Shown here: positions 25,721 to 46,794 of the stretch, piece by piece | How the letters are laid out: each line of letters begins with the position of its first letter | How positions within the stretch are numbered: the first letter of the stretch is position 1 | Assembly (NCBI GenBank): GCA_964016885.1 | Contig: OZ024742.1 | Span: forward strand, 41,230,001-41,294,000 | DNA length: 64,000 bases | Origin: Eledone cirrhosa | Taxonomy: Eukaryota | Direction of reading: 5' to 3' | Notes under the pieces: generated by a model | The model's input: the letters and a program-made list of their open reading frames with translations, nothing else | Databases searched by the model: none | Told to the model about the DNA's origin: nothing | Translations under genes and position numbers: made by a program

Positions 25721-28700
25721 CGAGAATGCGAGCACTCCTCATTGTTTCGACTGCGGACGGCTAACATAACCCCATCGCCCCCCGCCCCCAACCCCCAAAC
25801 GCAATCCAAAACTTCAGAGTTGGTACCATAAATGTAGGCACCCTAAAGGGTCGCGCTAACGAGGTTGTAGAAATGCTTGAACGTAAGGAGGTCGATGTTT
25901 GTTGTATTCAAGAGACCAGGTGGAGGGGTGGGTCTGCTAGGTTCATTGAGGGTAAAAAACGATGTTATAAGCTTTTCTGGGTGGGAAACGACGATGGGCT
26001 GGGTGGAGTAGGAATCATGGTAGCAGAAAAGTGGGCAGATAAGATAATAGACGTAAATAGAGTGAACGACAGAATAATTAAAATACGACTTGTCCTCAAT
26101 AGAACTACGGTGACAGTAATATCTGCGTAGGCACCCCAATCCGGACTGCCCGGCACTATAAAAGACAGATTCTATGAGACACTGATGCTAACTACCTCCC
26201 AAATATCCGACAGTGACTATATAATTATCGCAGGCGACCTAAATGGTCACGTTGGACAACATTGTGACGGCTACGACGAAATCCATGGAGGCTATGGGTT
26301 TGGTACTAGAAATGAGGAAGGCTCCAGAATCCTGGAATTCTGTGATGCAAATAACCTAACTATCTGTAACACTAACTTCAAAAAACGTGACAATCACCTG
26401 ATCACCTATAGATCCGGGGAACACACAAGCCAGGTAGATTATATCCTTACCAGAAGACGTGACAGAGTGTCTGTTGTAAACACTAAATCCCTCCCCCATG
26501 AAGAATGCACCTCCCAACATAGACTGATAATTAGCGACCTCATAGTCAGGACGAGACGTACTCGACAGCAGAAGAGGACTATCCTCAGGAGAAAAATATG
26601 GAAGCTAAAGGACCCCACAGCCAGGAATAAATTTCAAAGCATATTACTTGATGCTTTCGACAGTAAGGAAGAACATTTAGAGTCGGACAATATAGAGGGA
26701 GAGTGGGAATTTCTGAAAGCAAACCTGCTGTTGGCGACAGACGAAGTCTGTGGCTGGAGCAGGCCTGTAGGCAGGAGGAGAGTAACATGGTGGTGGAACA
26801 GTAAGGTAGAGGGGTCAATTAAGGCCAAAAAGCAAGCTTGGAAAGTATGGCGGGATGGGGGAAGTAGAGAAGACTATCAAGTGGCCAGGAGGGAAGCTAG
26901 GAGACAAGTGTACTTAGCAAGAAGGGAAGCTGAGGAAAGAAAGTTCAAGCATGTTCTACAACGCGATGACCAAAAACGTGAGGTGTTCAGGATTGCTAGG
27001 CAATGCGTCAAGGAAAACCGTGATATTGTCGGGGAGAAGTGTGTACTAAACGACGATGGCACACTTGCCATCACGGACGCTGATAAGAAGGTAGCTTGGA
27101 AGTGTCACTATGAAAGGCTACTAAATGAGGAGAATAAATGGGAGAAAGACAGTCTTCCCCATATCGACCCAATAGAGGGACCAGCAGTGTTAGTCGAGGG
27201 GAGTATAATAAGTAAGGCAATCAAGGATATGAAGACGGGTAAGGCGGCTGGGCCTTCAGAAATAGTTGCTGAGATGCTGAAGGCATCTGGCACGGTGGGA
27301 CACACCATGGTCACCCGCATAGTTAACCAAGTCGTACAGAATGGGGTTGTTCCGAAGGACTGGCATAGCAGCATCATCGTTAACTGTTATAAGGGTAAAG
27401 GAGACACCCTAGATAGGAGTAACTATAGAGGCATTAAATTAATCGACCAGGTCATGAAGGTCACGGAAAAAGTAATAGCGCAACTAATCAGAGAGAATTG
27501 ACCTAGATGAAATGCAGTTCGGGTTTGTGTCAGGCAAAAGTACCACAGACGCGCTTTTCATAGTACGACAACTACAGGAGAAGTACCTAGCTAAAGGTAA
27601 ACCCCTCTACTTAGCTTTTGTCGACTTGGAGAAAGCCTTCGACAGAGTCCCCCGCTCCATTATCTGGTGGGCTCTTAGAAAACTAGGCGTTGACGAATGG
27701 CTTGTGAGGGCTATACAAACCATGTATAAAGAAACAGTCAGCAAGGTTAGAATTAACAACGAATATAGTGAAGAGTTTAGCGTAAAAGTTGGCGTCCATC
27801 AGGTCTCTGTTCTCAGCCCCCTACTATTTATTATTGCCCTTCAGGCTATAACAGAGGAGTTCAAGACAGGCTGCCCATGGGAACTCCTATACGCAGACGA
27901 CCTGACACTCATAGCGGAATCAATGGCCGAGCTAGAGAAGAAATTCCAAACATGGAAGCACGGCCTAGAGTCAAAAGGACTTAAAATTAACCTGGCTAAG
28001 ACCAAAGTTCTAGTTTGTAGGAAAGAAAACAAGGCGGCGATCCCTTCTGGGAAATGGTCGTGCTCGGTGTGTAGGAAAGGCGTAGGTAGAAACTCCATTT
28101 TATGTCCTAAATGCAAAGTATGGGTGCATAAAAGATGTAGTGGGATCACAGGTAAGCTAACTAAGAACATAGGTTTTACATGTGGGCGGTGTTCTGGTGC
28201 AATAAGTAGCAGCAAGTGCCCACAAAATACTAGCTCTTTCAATTGCGCAGAGGGTTCTATAGAAATAGTGGACAGCTTCCGTTACCTGGGCGATAAAATC
28301 AGCAGTGGGGGAGGGTGCTCTGAAAGTACTGTAGCTAGAGTCAGAACTGGTTGGAAAAAGTTCAGAGAGCTTATACCACTATTAGCTGCTAAAGGGTTCT
28401 CCCTAAAAATGAAAGGCAGGTTGTACGATGCCTGCATACGAACAGCAATGCTGCATGGCAGTGAGACATGGGCATTGTGTGCAGAGGATATACGCAGACT
28501 AGAGAGGAACGAAGCTTGCATGCTCCGCTGGATGTGTAACAGTAATATACGTGAACGGCAAAGCATAAACGAACTAAGGAAAAAATTAGAGATAAGAGGA
28601 ATCAGATGTTGTTTACTCGAGAGAAGGCTACGTTGGTATAGACACGTGATGCGCATGAAAGTCGATAGCTGTATAACAAAGTGCAGGGCAATAAAGATAG

Positions 28701-29236
28701 ACGGTAGTCACGGAATAGGCAGACGTAGAAAAACCTGGGACGAGCTGATAAACTCCGACATCACACACTTACACCTCTCCAAGACAATGTCACTGGACCG
28801 AGACCTTTGGCGGTACTCAGTAACAGAGAAGACCCGCCTTACCTAAATATATAGTAAAACCTACTCCAGCCAGTAGGCATCTCCAACAAAATACACCCCC
28901 GTCCCACCACCACCACCCCATCCACACCACCCCGTTCTATGTAAAGTTATGTTGGTGCCGCGCCATCAAGGCCGAAACAAATGAGATCGTGTAGGTGTCA
29001 CGACAAAAAAACACACAGTCCACGCTGTAATGTGGCCGTGTAGGCAACACGGTAAAAACCTCCCAGACCCACACTGTAAATGTGGTTGGTGTTAGGAAGG
29101 GCATCCAACTGTAGAAAACCTGCCAGACAGTCCTATGCGAGCAAGACAATCACTCTTGCCTCAAGTGGGACTACCCCCGTCCAAACCCATGCAAGCGTGG
29201 AACACGGACGTTAAACGTTGGTGATGATGATGATGA
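25720..29236 (+). mobile_element. Near-full-length RTE-clade LINE (APE + RT with inserted PHD-type finger), disabled by a TAG at 26128 and a frameshift near 27500
   Basis: APE motifs [37 protein letters not shown] motifs SNYRGIKL, QFGFVSGKSTTD, AFVDLEKAFDRVP, GVHQ.SVLSPLLF, LLYADD, FRYLG. RTE C-terminus RRLRWY.HVMRM, RKTW. ~390-nt 3' UTR ending in (GAT)n. Confidence 0.95.
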
Positions 29237-31004
<1,768 letters not shown>

Positions 31005-33205
31005 ATCATCATCATCATCATCACTTTACGTCCGCTTTTCCCTGCTTGCAAGGGTGGGACGGGTCTTATTCAGCACAGCATCTCTCCACTCGTCACGGTC
31101 CCTCGTCATCTCCACCGTGAGCTTCAATGATCTGAGGTCTGTTCTCACCACCTCCGCCCATGTTTTTCGTGGTCTACCTCTACCACGTCTTCCTTCAACT
31201 GGCATTTCCTGGCACTTCTTCACCCATCGGTCATCCTCCATGCGCATCACATGTCCATACCACCTCAGTCTCCTCTCCGTACACTACATTCTATCCCTCT
31301 CAGACACAGTTTCTCTCTCAACACATTTATGCTGGGTCGTTCACGCACATTTACACTGCACATCCAACGGAGCATGCTTGCCTCATTTCTCTCCAGCCCG
31401 TCGCATATCTTCTGCGGTAGCTGCCCATGTCTCACTACCATGCAGCATCGCGCTCCTCACACAGGCATCATACAACCGGCCTTTCGTACGCAGGGAGAAA
31501 CCTTCTTCGTCAACAGAGGAAGCAGCTCCCTAAACTTCGTTCCAACCCGTCCTTATTCTAGATACTATGGCCTCGGAACACCCTCCTCCCATGCTAATCT
31601 GATCTCCTAGGTACCGGAAGCTATCCACCACTTCTATAGCGCCCTCTCGCATTTGAAAAATGTGTCTATCAGTGCGACTTCTACTGTCTAATTTCCCTGT
31701 ACATCTACTGCATACATATTTCTCCCTACCTGTTAGTTTGCCTGCTATCCCGCTACATCTCTTGTGTACCCAGGACCTACATTGTGTGCATTTTATAGAA
31801 TTTATGCCAGTTCCTTTTCTGCATATCGAACATGGCCATTTCCCTGACGGAATCAGGGTTTTGTCCTCTTTTCTACTCATCAACACTTTTGTCTTAGCTA
31901 GATTTACTCTCAGTCCTCTTGCTTCCAACTGCTGTTTCCATAGCCGGAATTTATTCTCTAGCTCCTCTACTGATTCTGCCATAAGAGCCAGATCGTCAGC
32001 ATAGAGAAGTTCCCATGGACAGCCAGTCTTAAACTCCTCTGTTATGGCTTGGAGGACTATAATGAACAAGAGCGGGCTGAGGACCGAACCCTGATGTACT
32101 CCTACTTGTATCTGGAATTCCTCACTAAACTCCATTCCTACCCTGACTTTACTGAGAGTACCTCTGTACAAAGTTTGCACTGTCCTTACAAGCCATTCCT
32201 CAACACCCAGCTTCCTTAGGGACCACCAGATGACAGATCGGGGTACCCTATCAAAGGCCTTCTCTAGGTCAACAAAGGCTAAGTATAGTGGCTTATTCTT
32301 CTCTAAGAACCTCTCTTGCATTTGTCTCACCAAGAAGAGGGCATCTGTTGTACTCTTCCCAGGCACAAAACCAAACTGCATCTCATCTAGTTTGACCCTT
32401 TCTCTAATTAGTTGTGCTAAAATCCTTTCTGCCACTTTTCATAACCTGATCTATCAGTTTTATACCCCTATAATTGCTCCTCTCCAAAGCATCCCCTTTA
32501 CCTTTGTAGCAATTTATGAGAATACTGCTGCACCAGTCTTTGGGTATGACACCACCATATATAGCCTGATTGGATTATGCGTGCAACCAGTTTAATGCCT
32601 ACGTCCCCTGATGCCTTCAGCATCTCAGCAACTATTCCCGATGGTCCGGCCGCCTTACCATTTTTCATTTCCCTAATCGCCTCTTGGACCCTATATTCGT
32701 CAATCTCAATAGCTGGTCCCTCTGTCGGATCTACCAAGGGTAATTTCTCTCTCTCCCCATTCGTTCTCCACATTCATCAGTCTCTCATAATGACATTTCC
32801 AGGCCTCCTTTTTCTGGTCATTCGTGACACTAAGTACACCGGCATCATCCCGGACACATTTATCACCAACAACATCCTGATTTGCATTGACACACTGCCT
32901 TGCAATGTGGAACACCGCACGCCTCTGATCTTCCCGTCGCAGAACATTGGCAAACCTCCTACTCTCTGCCTCCCTGCGTGCTAAGTACACCTGACGTCTA
33001 GCTTCTCTCTTAGTGGCTGTATATTCTTCCCTACTCCCACCCTTATTCCAAGCCTTCCATGCTAGTCTTTTGTCTCTAATAGCCTTATCTACACTGCTGT
33101 TCCACCACCAGGTCACTCTCTGTCTGGTTGGAGCTCTGCTCAGCCACAGGTTTCATCAGTAGCCTTCAGCAAGTTGTCACGTAAGAACTTCCAGTTATTA
33201 TCTAT
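31005..33205 (-). mobile_element. 5'-truncated RTE LINE (second subfamily, PHD-bearing RT), multiple frameshifts
   Basis: ORFs 32706-33116, 32498-32773, 31530-32435 and 31026-31250 are collinear with the 25720 LINE ([36 protein letters not shown]). The ORF runs into the tail cccgtcccacccttgcaagcagggaaaagcggacgtaaa(gat)n. Confidence 0.95.
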
Positions 33206-33208
33206 GTC

Positions 33209-33344
33209 ATACATATATATATATATACATATATATATATATTACATATATATATATATACATATATATATATACATATATATATATATACATATATATA
33301 TATACATATATACATTATATACATATATATATATACATATATAC

Positions 33345-33377
<33 letters not shown>

Positions 33378-33535
33378 CATATATAATTATATATATACAT
33401 ATATATATATATACATATATATATACATATATATATACATATATATAATATACATATATATATATATACATACATATATATACATATATATATATATACA
33501 TATATATATATACATATATACATATATATACATAA

Positions 33536-33575
<40 letters not shown>

Positions 33576-33702
33576 CATATATATATACTATATATATATA
33601 CATATATATTATATACATACATATATATATATATATATATACATATATATATAATACATACATATATAATATATAATATATATATACAATATATATATAT
33701 AC

Positions 33703-33767
<65 letters not shown>

Positions 33768-33808
33768 CATACATATATATATATATAATATATATACAAT
33801 ATATATAC

Positions 33809-33839
<31 letters not shown>

Positions 33840-33848
33840 CATATATAC

Positions 33849-33879
<31 letters not shown>

Positions 33880-33901
33880 CATATATACAGTATAATACAT
33901 A

Positions 33902-33961
<60 letters not shown>

Positions 33962-33967
33962 ATATAC

Positions 33968-34020
<53 letters not shown>

Positions 34021-34115
34021 ATATATATACATATATATATATATACATATTATATATACATATATATACATATATATATATATACATATTATATATATAT
34101 ATATACATATATGTA

Positions 34116-34153
<38 letters not shown>

Positions 34154-34194
34154 CATATATGTATATATATATACATATATATAATATATATACA

Positions 34195-34245
<51 letters not shown>

Positions 34246-34262
34246 CATATATACATATATAT

Positions 34263-34295
<33 letters not shown>

Positions 34296-34484
34296 TATAT
34301 ACATATATACATATATATATACATATATACATATATACATATATATATACATATATACATATATATATATAATATACATATATATATATACATATATATA
34401 TATACATATATATATATATACATATATATATATACATATATATATACATATATAATATACATATATATATATATACATATATAC

Positions 34485-34551
<67 letters not shown>

Positions 34552-34560
34552 CATATATAC

Positions 34561-34619
<59 letters not shown>

Positions 34620-34659
34620 CATATATAATATATATATATATACATATATATACATATAT

Positions 34660-34723
<64 letters not shown>

Positions 34724-34831
34724 CATATATATATACATATATATATATACATATATATACATATATATATATACATATATATACATATATATATATACAT
34801 ATATATACATATATATATATACATATATGTA

Positions 34832-34869
<38 letters not shown>

Positions 34870-34890
34870 CATATATGTATATATATATAC

Positions 34891-34925
<35 letters not shown>

Positions 34926-35264
34926 CTATATAATATATAATATATATATATATATATATACATATATATACTATATATAATATATATATATACATATATA
35001 TATATACATATATATAAATATATACATATATATATATATATATACATATATACATATACATATACATATATATACATATATACATATAACTATATATACA
35101 TATATACATATATACATATATACATATATATACATATATACATATATATATATACTATATATATAATATATATACATATATATATATACATATATATATA
35201 TACATATATATATATACATATATATATATACATATATATATGATATACATATATAATATATACA

Positions 35265-35320
<56 letters not shown>

Positions 35321-35325
35321 CATAT
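33209..35325. repeat. Compound (TA)n/(TACA) array, block 3
   Basis: Direct inspection. Confidence 0.97.
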
Positions 35326-35327
35326 GC

Positions 35328-35771
35328 ACACACTTACACCTCTCCAAGACAATGTCACTGGACCGTGACCTTTGGCGGTACTCAGTAACAGAGAAGACCC
35401 GCCTTGCCAGTAGGCATCTCTAACAAAATACACCCCTCCCGCCGCCACCCCCACCCCATCCACACCACCCCGTTCTATGTAAAGTTATGTTGGTGCCTTG
35501 CGCCATCCAGGCCGAAACAAATGAGATCGTGTAGGTGTCACGACAAAAAAACACACAGTCCACGCTGTAATGTGGCCGTGTAGGCAACACGGTAAAAACC
35601 TCCCAGACCCACACTGTAAATGTGGTTGGTGTTAGGAAGGGCATCCAACTGTAGAAAACCTGCCAGACAGTCCTATGCGAGCAAGACAATCACTCTTGCC
35701 TCAAGTGGGACTACCCCCGTCCAAACCCATGCAAGCGTGGAACACGGACGTTAAACGTTGATGATGATGAT
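35328..35771 (+). mobile_element. 5'-truncated copy of the 25720 LINE (ORF end + 3' UTR)
   Basis: Near-identical to ~28763-29236 except for an ~30-bp indel around the stop codon. Confidence 0.93.
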
Positions 35772-36250
<479 letters not shown>

Positions 36251-36590
36251 CATCATCATCATTTCATCATTTCATTTTACGTCCGCTTTTCCCTGCTTGC
36301 AAGGGTGGGACGGGAACTGATTCTGGCTTGATTTCTACAGCTGGATGCCCTTCCTAACACCAACCTCATTTACAGTGAGTGCTGGGTGCCTTTTTGCCGT
36401 GGCACCTCCACGACCACTTTGCAGTGGAATGATATGGACTCTAGTCCCTATCATCTCATTTCTACAGCTGAGTAAACTGGAGCAATGTGAAATAAAGTGT
36501 CTTGCTCAAGGAAACAACACATCACCCGGCCTGAGAATTGAACTCACAACCTTTCAATTGCAAGGCAATGCTCTAACCACGAAGCCATGT
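36251..36590 (-). mobile_element. SINE family A
   Basis: Near-identical to the copies at 21578, 42705 and 50958. Confidence 0.92.
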
Positions 36591-42704
<6,114 letters not shown>

Positions 42705-42735
<31 letters not shown>

Positions 42736-43056
42736 TTTACGTCCGCTTTTCCCTGCTTGCAAGGGTGGGACGGGAACTGATTTTGGCTTGATTTCTACAG
42801 CTGGATGCCCTTCCTAACACCAACCTCATTTACAGTGAGTGCTGGCTGCTTTTTTTCCGTGGTGCCTACACGTCCACTTTACAGTGGAATGATAGGGACC
42901 CCAGTCCTATCATCTCATTTCTACAGCTGAGTAAGCTGGAGCAATGTGAAATAAAGTGTCTTGCTCAAGGAAACAACACATCACCCGGTCTGAGAATTGA
43001 ACTCACGACCTTTCGATTGCAAGCCCAATGCTCTAACCACTAAGCCATGTGCCTCC
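42705..43056 (-). mobile_element. SINE family A
   Basis: Full head-to-tail copy with a long (GAT)n tail. Confidence 0.92.
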
Positions 43057-43274
43057 ATTTATATATATACATATATATATATATACATATATATATACAT
43101 ATACATATATATATACATATATATATATACATATATATATACATATACATATATATATACATATATATATATACATATATATATATACATATATATACAC
43201 ATATATATATACATATATATACATATACATATATATATACATATATACATATATATATACATATATATATACAT

Positions 43275-43497
43275 GTGAAGGCGTGTGGCTGAGTGGTTAG
43301 AGTATTGGATTCACAATCGTGAGGTTGTGAGTTCGATTCCTGAACCAGGCGATGCGTTATGTCCTTGAGCAAGACACTTTATTTCACGTTGCTCCTTCTA
43401 CCTGGAGTTGCGACCGATAGATAGTATTAGCAATTGGAAAGACCAACGGAAACATAGTTTCCTCGGTCCGATTTGACGAAAGTCGATCGTAAAAGAG
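43275..43497 (+). mobile_element. tRNA-derived SINE family C
   Basis: Head gtgaaggcgtgtggctgagtggttagag...gagttcgattcc and a CORE-like segment, with a different 3' part (tggaaagaccaacggaaac) shared with the decayed copy at 51770-51935 (-). Confidence 0.78.
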
Positions 43498-43724
43498 ATA
43501 TACATATATATATATATACATATACATATATATATATATACATATACATATACACATATATATATATATACATATACACATATATATATATATATACATA
43601 TACACATATATATATATATACATATACACATATATATATATATACATATACACACATATATATATATATATACATATACATATACATATATATATATATA
43701 CATATATATACATATACACATATA

Positions 43725-43792
<68 letters not shown>

Positions 43793-43816
43793 CATATATA
43801 TATACATATACACATA

Positions 43817-43858
<42 letters not shown>

Positions 43859-43953
43859 CATATATATATACATATACACATATATATATATATACATATA
43901 TATATACATATACATATATATACATATATACATATACATATATATGTATACAT

Positions 43954-43984
<31 letters not shown>

Positions 43985-44455
43985 CATATATATATACATA
44001 TATACATATATATACATATATACATATATATACATATATACATATATATACATATATATATATATATACATATATACATATATATACATATATACATATA
44101 TATACATATATATATATATATACATATATACATATATATACATATATACATATATATACATATATACATATATATACATATATACATATACATATATATA
44201 CATATACATATATATATACATATACATATATATATATATACACATATATATACATATACATATATATACATATACACATATATATACATATACATATATA
44301 TACATATACATATACATATATATACATATATACATATACATATATACATATACATATATACATATATATATATACATATACATATATATATATACATATA
44401 CATATATATATATATACATATACATATATATATATATACATATATATACATATAC

Positions 44456-44528
<73 letters not shown>

Positions 44529-44582
44529 CATATATACATATATATACATATATACACATATATACATATATACATATATATG
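43498..44582. repeat. (TA)n/(TACA) array block
   Basis: Direct inspection. Confidence 0.96.
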
Positions 44583-44585
44583 TGT

Positions 44586-46338
44586 ACACTCGAATCGGTC
44601 AATGGCACGTGCAGACATGAATATCTCCGTAGGATTTCAACTTTATTTTAATACATCTCATCGTATGTATTTGTTTTGAATATATTACCTGTGGTGGTGG
44701 GTCTGGTCTAATGTGGTATTTCGGTGTTTAATATCGTGTTTAATATCGTATTTAATATCGTATTTAATATCGGCTTTGACCCGGGTGTCCTACGCTGTGT
44801 GGTGTGTGTGCGTGTGTGTCCGTGAATACATTTATATGTGTATGGGTGTAGGTGGTTATATGTGTCTGTGTATATATAAAAAAATATATATATATATATA
44901 TGTATACCGTCTCTGCATATGCATGTGGTGTGTATACGTGCATATACGTGCTGAACATATTGATGTGTACAATCTTGTGATGTCCCAATGCGGTGACTTA
45001 ATGGCTCTTGTAGCTATTTTTTTTATATATCTTCTGTCTTTTTATATATATTTTGTATGCGCTACAACTGTGTCTGCTTGCTTTAACCTCACCTCGCTTG
45101 CTAATGCATGTGAATTCTTCTACCTCCTTCGATGCACCTCTCTCTGACCATTTGACTCCTGCCCGTGTGTGAACCGGTTTGTGATTACCCCACCGCTCAA
45201 CTGTGTGAATGCACACCCATGACTTTCGAGTGAACTTTCGAGACTGCCCAACCTGGGACGCCTCCATTGCCTTGCAATGGTCAAGTGATACTGGTGACTG
45301 TGACACTAAGTGCCTTCGTGGGCCCCTGATGTTTTCAAGAAATATATTTTAAAAAATTGGTCAAGTGATACACATAACTGTGACATTTAGTGCCTTCGTG
45401 GGCCCCTGATATATTCAAGAGATATATTCTAAAAAAATATATATCTTATCTCAATTTACTTTATTTCATTTTATTTTATTTCATTTCATGTTATCTAATT
45501 TTATTTATTTACTTACTTGACTCCATTTATTTATTTATTTATTTATTTATTTAAATTTAAAATTTTAAAATTTAAATTTTATTTATTTATTTAATTTTTA
45601 TTTATTTATTTATTTATTTATTTAATTACATTTAATTACATTTAATTATACATTTAATTATATCTTATATTATATTATTTTAATTTAGTCTGTTATTTGA
45701 TTTTAGTTTACCTTATTTTACGATTATACTATATTATGTTCTATGTATATAATTTTTAATTTTTAATTTTATATTATTTTATCTCATTCCTTACCCTATA
45801 TTTTATATTTTATATGTAAGTTTGTTATGTATTTCTTTTTATATATATTATAAGTCTGTTTTTCACCTATTTTTTACCTACTCTTACCTAATCCCATTAT
45901 CTTATCTACTCTTGTCTGTTCTCTTATCCATGTGTCTACTCTTGTCTGTTCTCTTATCCATGTGTATGCTTGTATGTAACTATATGTTGACAGCACACCG
46001 CCCAACTGTGACAGATAGCACCCCTTATTTTTATTTTTATTTTTACTTTTATTTTTATTTTTTATTCTTATCCTCTATCGTCTATTATTACCTTTCATTC
46101 TTCAATGTCTTGGATTTGTTATTGCTTGTATGGTATGTAATTAACCTTTATGCTCTGATGAGTCCCACTTATAGTGTGGATGAAACAATGTTAGCAAGTA
46201 AAGATATGCATATGCTATAAGCGTTCTTTGTTATTTATTTATTATATTTCGGCTCTGTCCTCAGACATTGAGCTAACCTCATACTGCCTGCTGGATAAGT
46301 GGAGTGTTATACACCCCTGATCCTTTCCCTAGCATACT
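44586..46338 (+). mobile_element. Unclassified non-coding element embedded in the microsatellite array, possibly a non-autonomous Penelope-like/retrozyme derivative
   Basis: Unique sequence bounded by arrays on both sides, with internal 12-, ~80- and 30-bp duplications and a hammerhead motif near the right end. No credible ORF. Confidence 0.45.
46146..46203 (+). ncRNA. Minimal type I hammerhead ribozyme motif
   Basis: Stem I ctttatgct / agca(ag)taaag; core CTGATGA (46155-46161); stem II gtcccac-ttata-gtg(t)ggat; GAAA; stem III AC-aat-GT; cleavage triplet GUU. Confidence 0.62.
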
Positions 46339-46656
46339 ATATATATATATATACATACACATATATATACATACATACATACATACATATATATATATAT
46401 ACATACATACATATATATATACATACATACATACATATATATATACATACATACATATATATATACATACATACATACATATATATATATACATATATAC
46501 ATACATATATATATATACATATATACATACATATATATATATACATATATACATACATATATATATATACATATATATACATACATACATATATATACAT
46601 ATACATACATATACATATACATACATACATACATATATATATACATACATACATAC

Positions 46657-46705
<49 letters not shown>

Positions 46706-46753
46706 CATATATATATATATACATATATATATATACATACATATATATACATA

Positions 46754-46794
<41 letters not shown>

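Noticed and set aside
26128-26130. In-frame TAG in the LINE endonuclease as programmed readthrough
   Set aside because: It replaces the conserved Tyr of the YAP motif by a single substitution, and the copy also has a frameshift. Ordinary decay.
43275-43355. tRNA-like sequences (also 21820-21893, 51399-51470)
   Set aside because: A and B boxes are present but there is no proper acceptor stem, and they run into SINE bodies. These are SINE heads, not tRNA genes.
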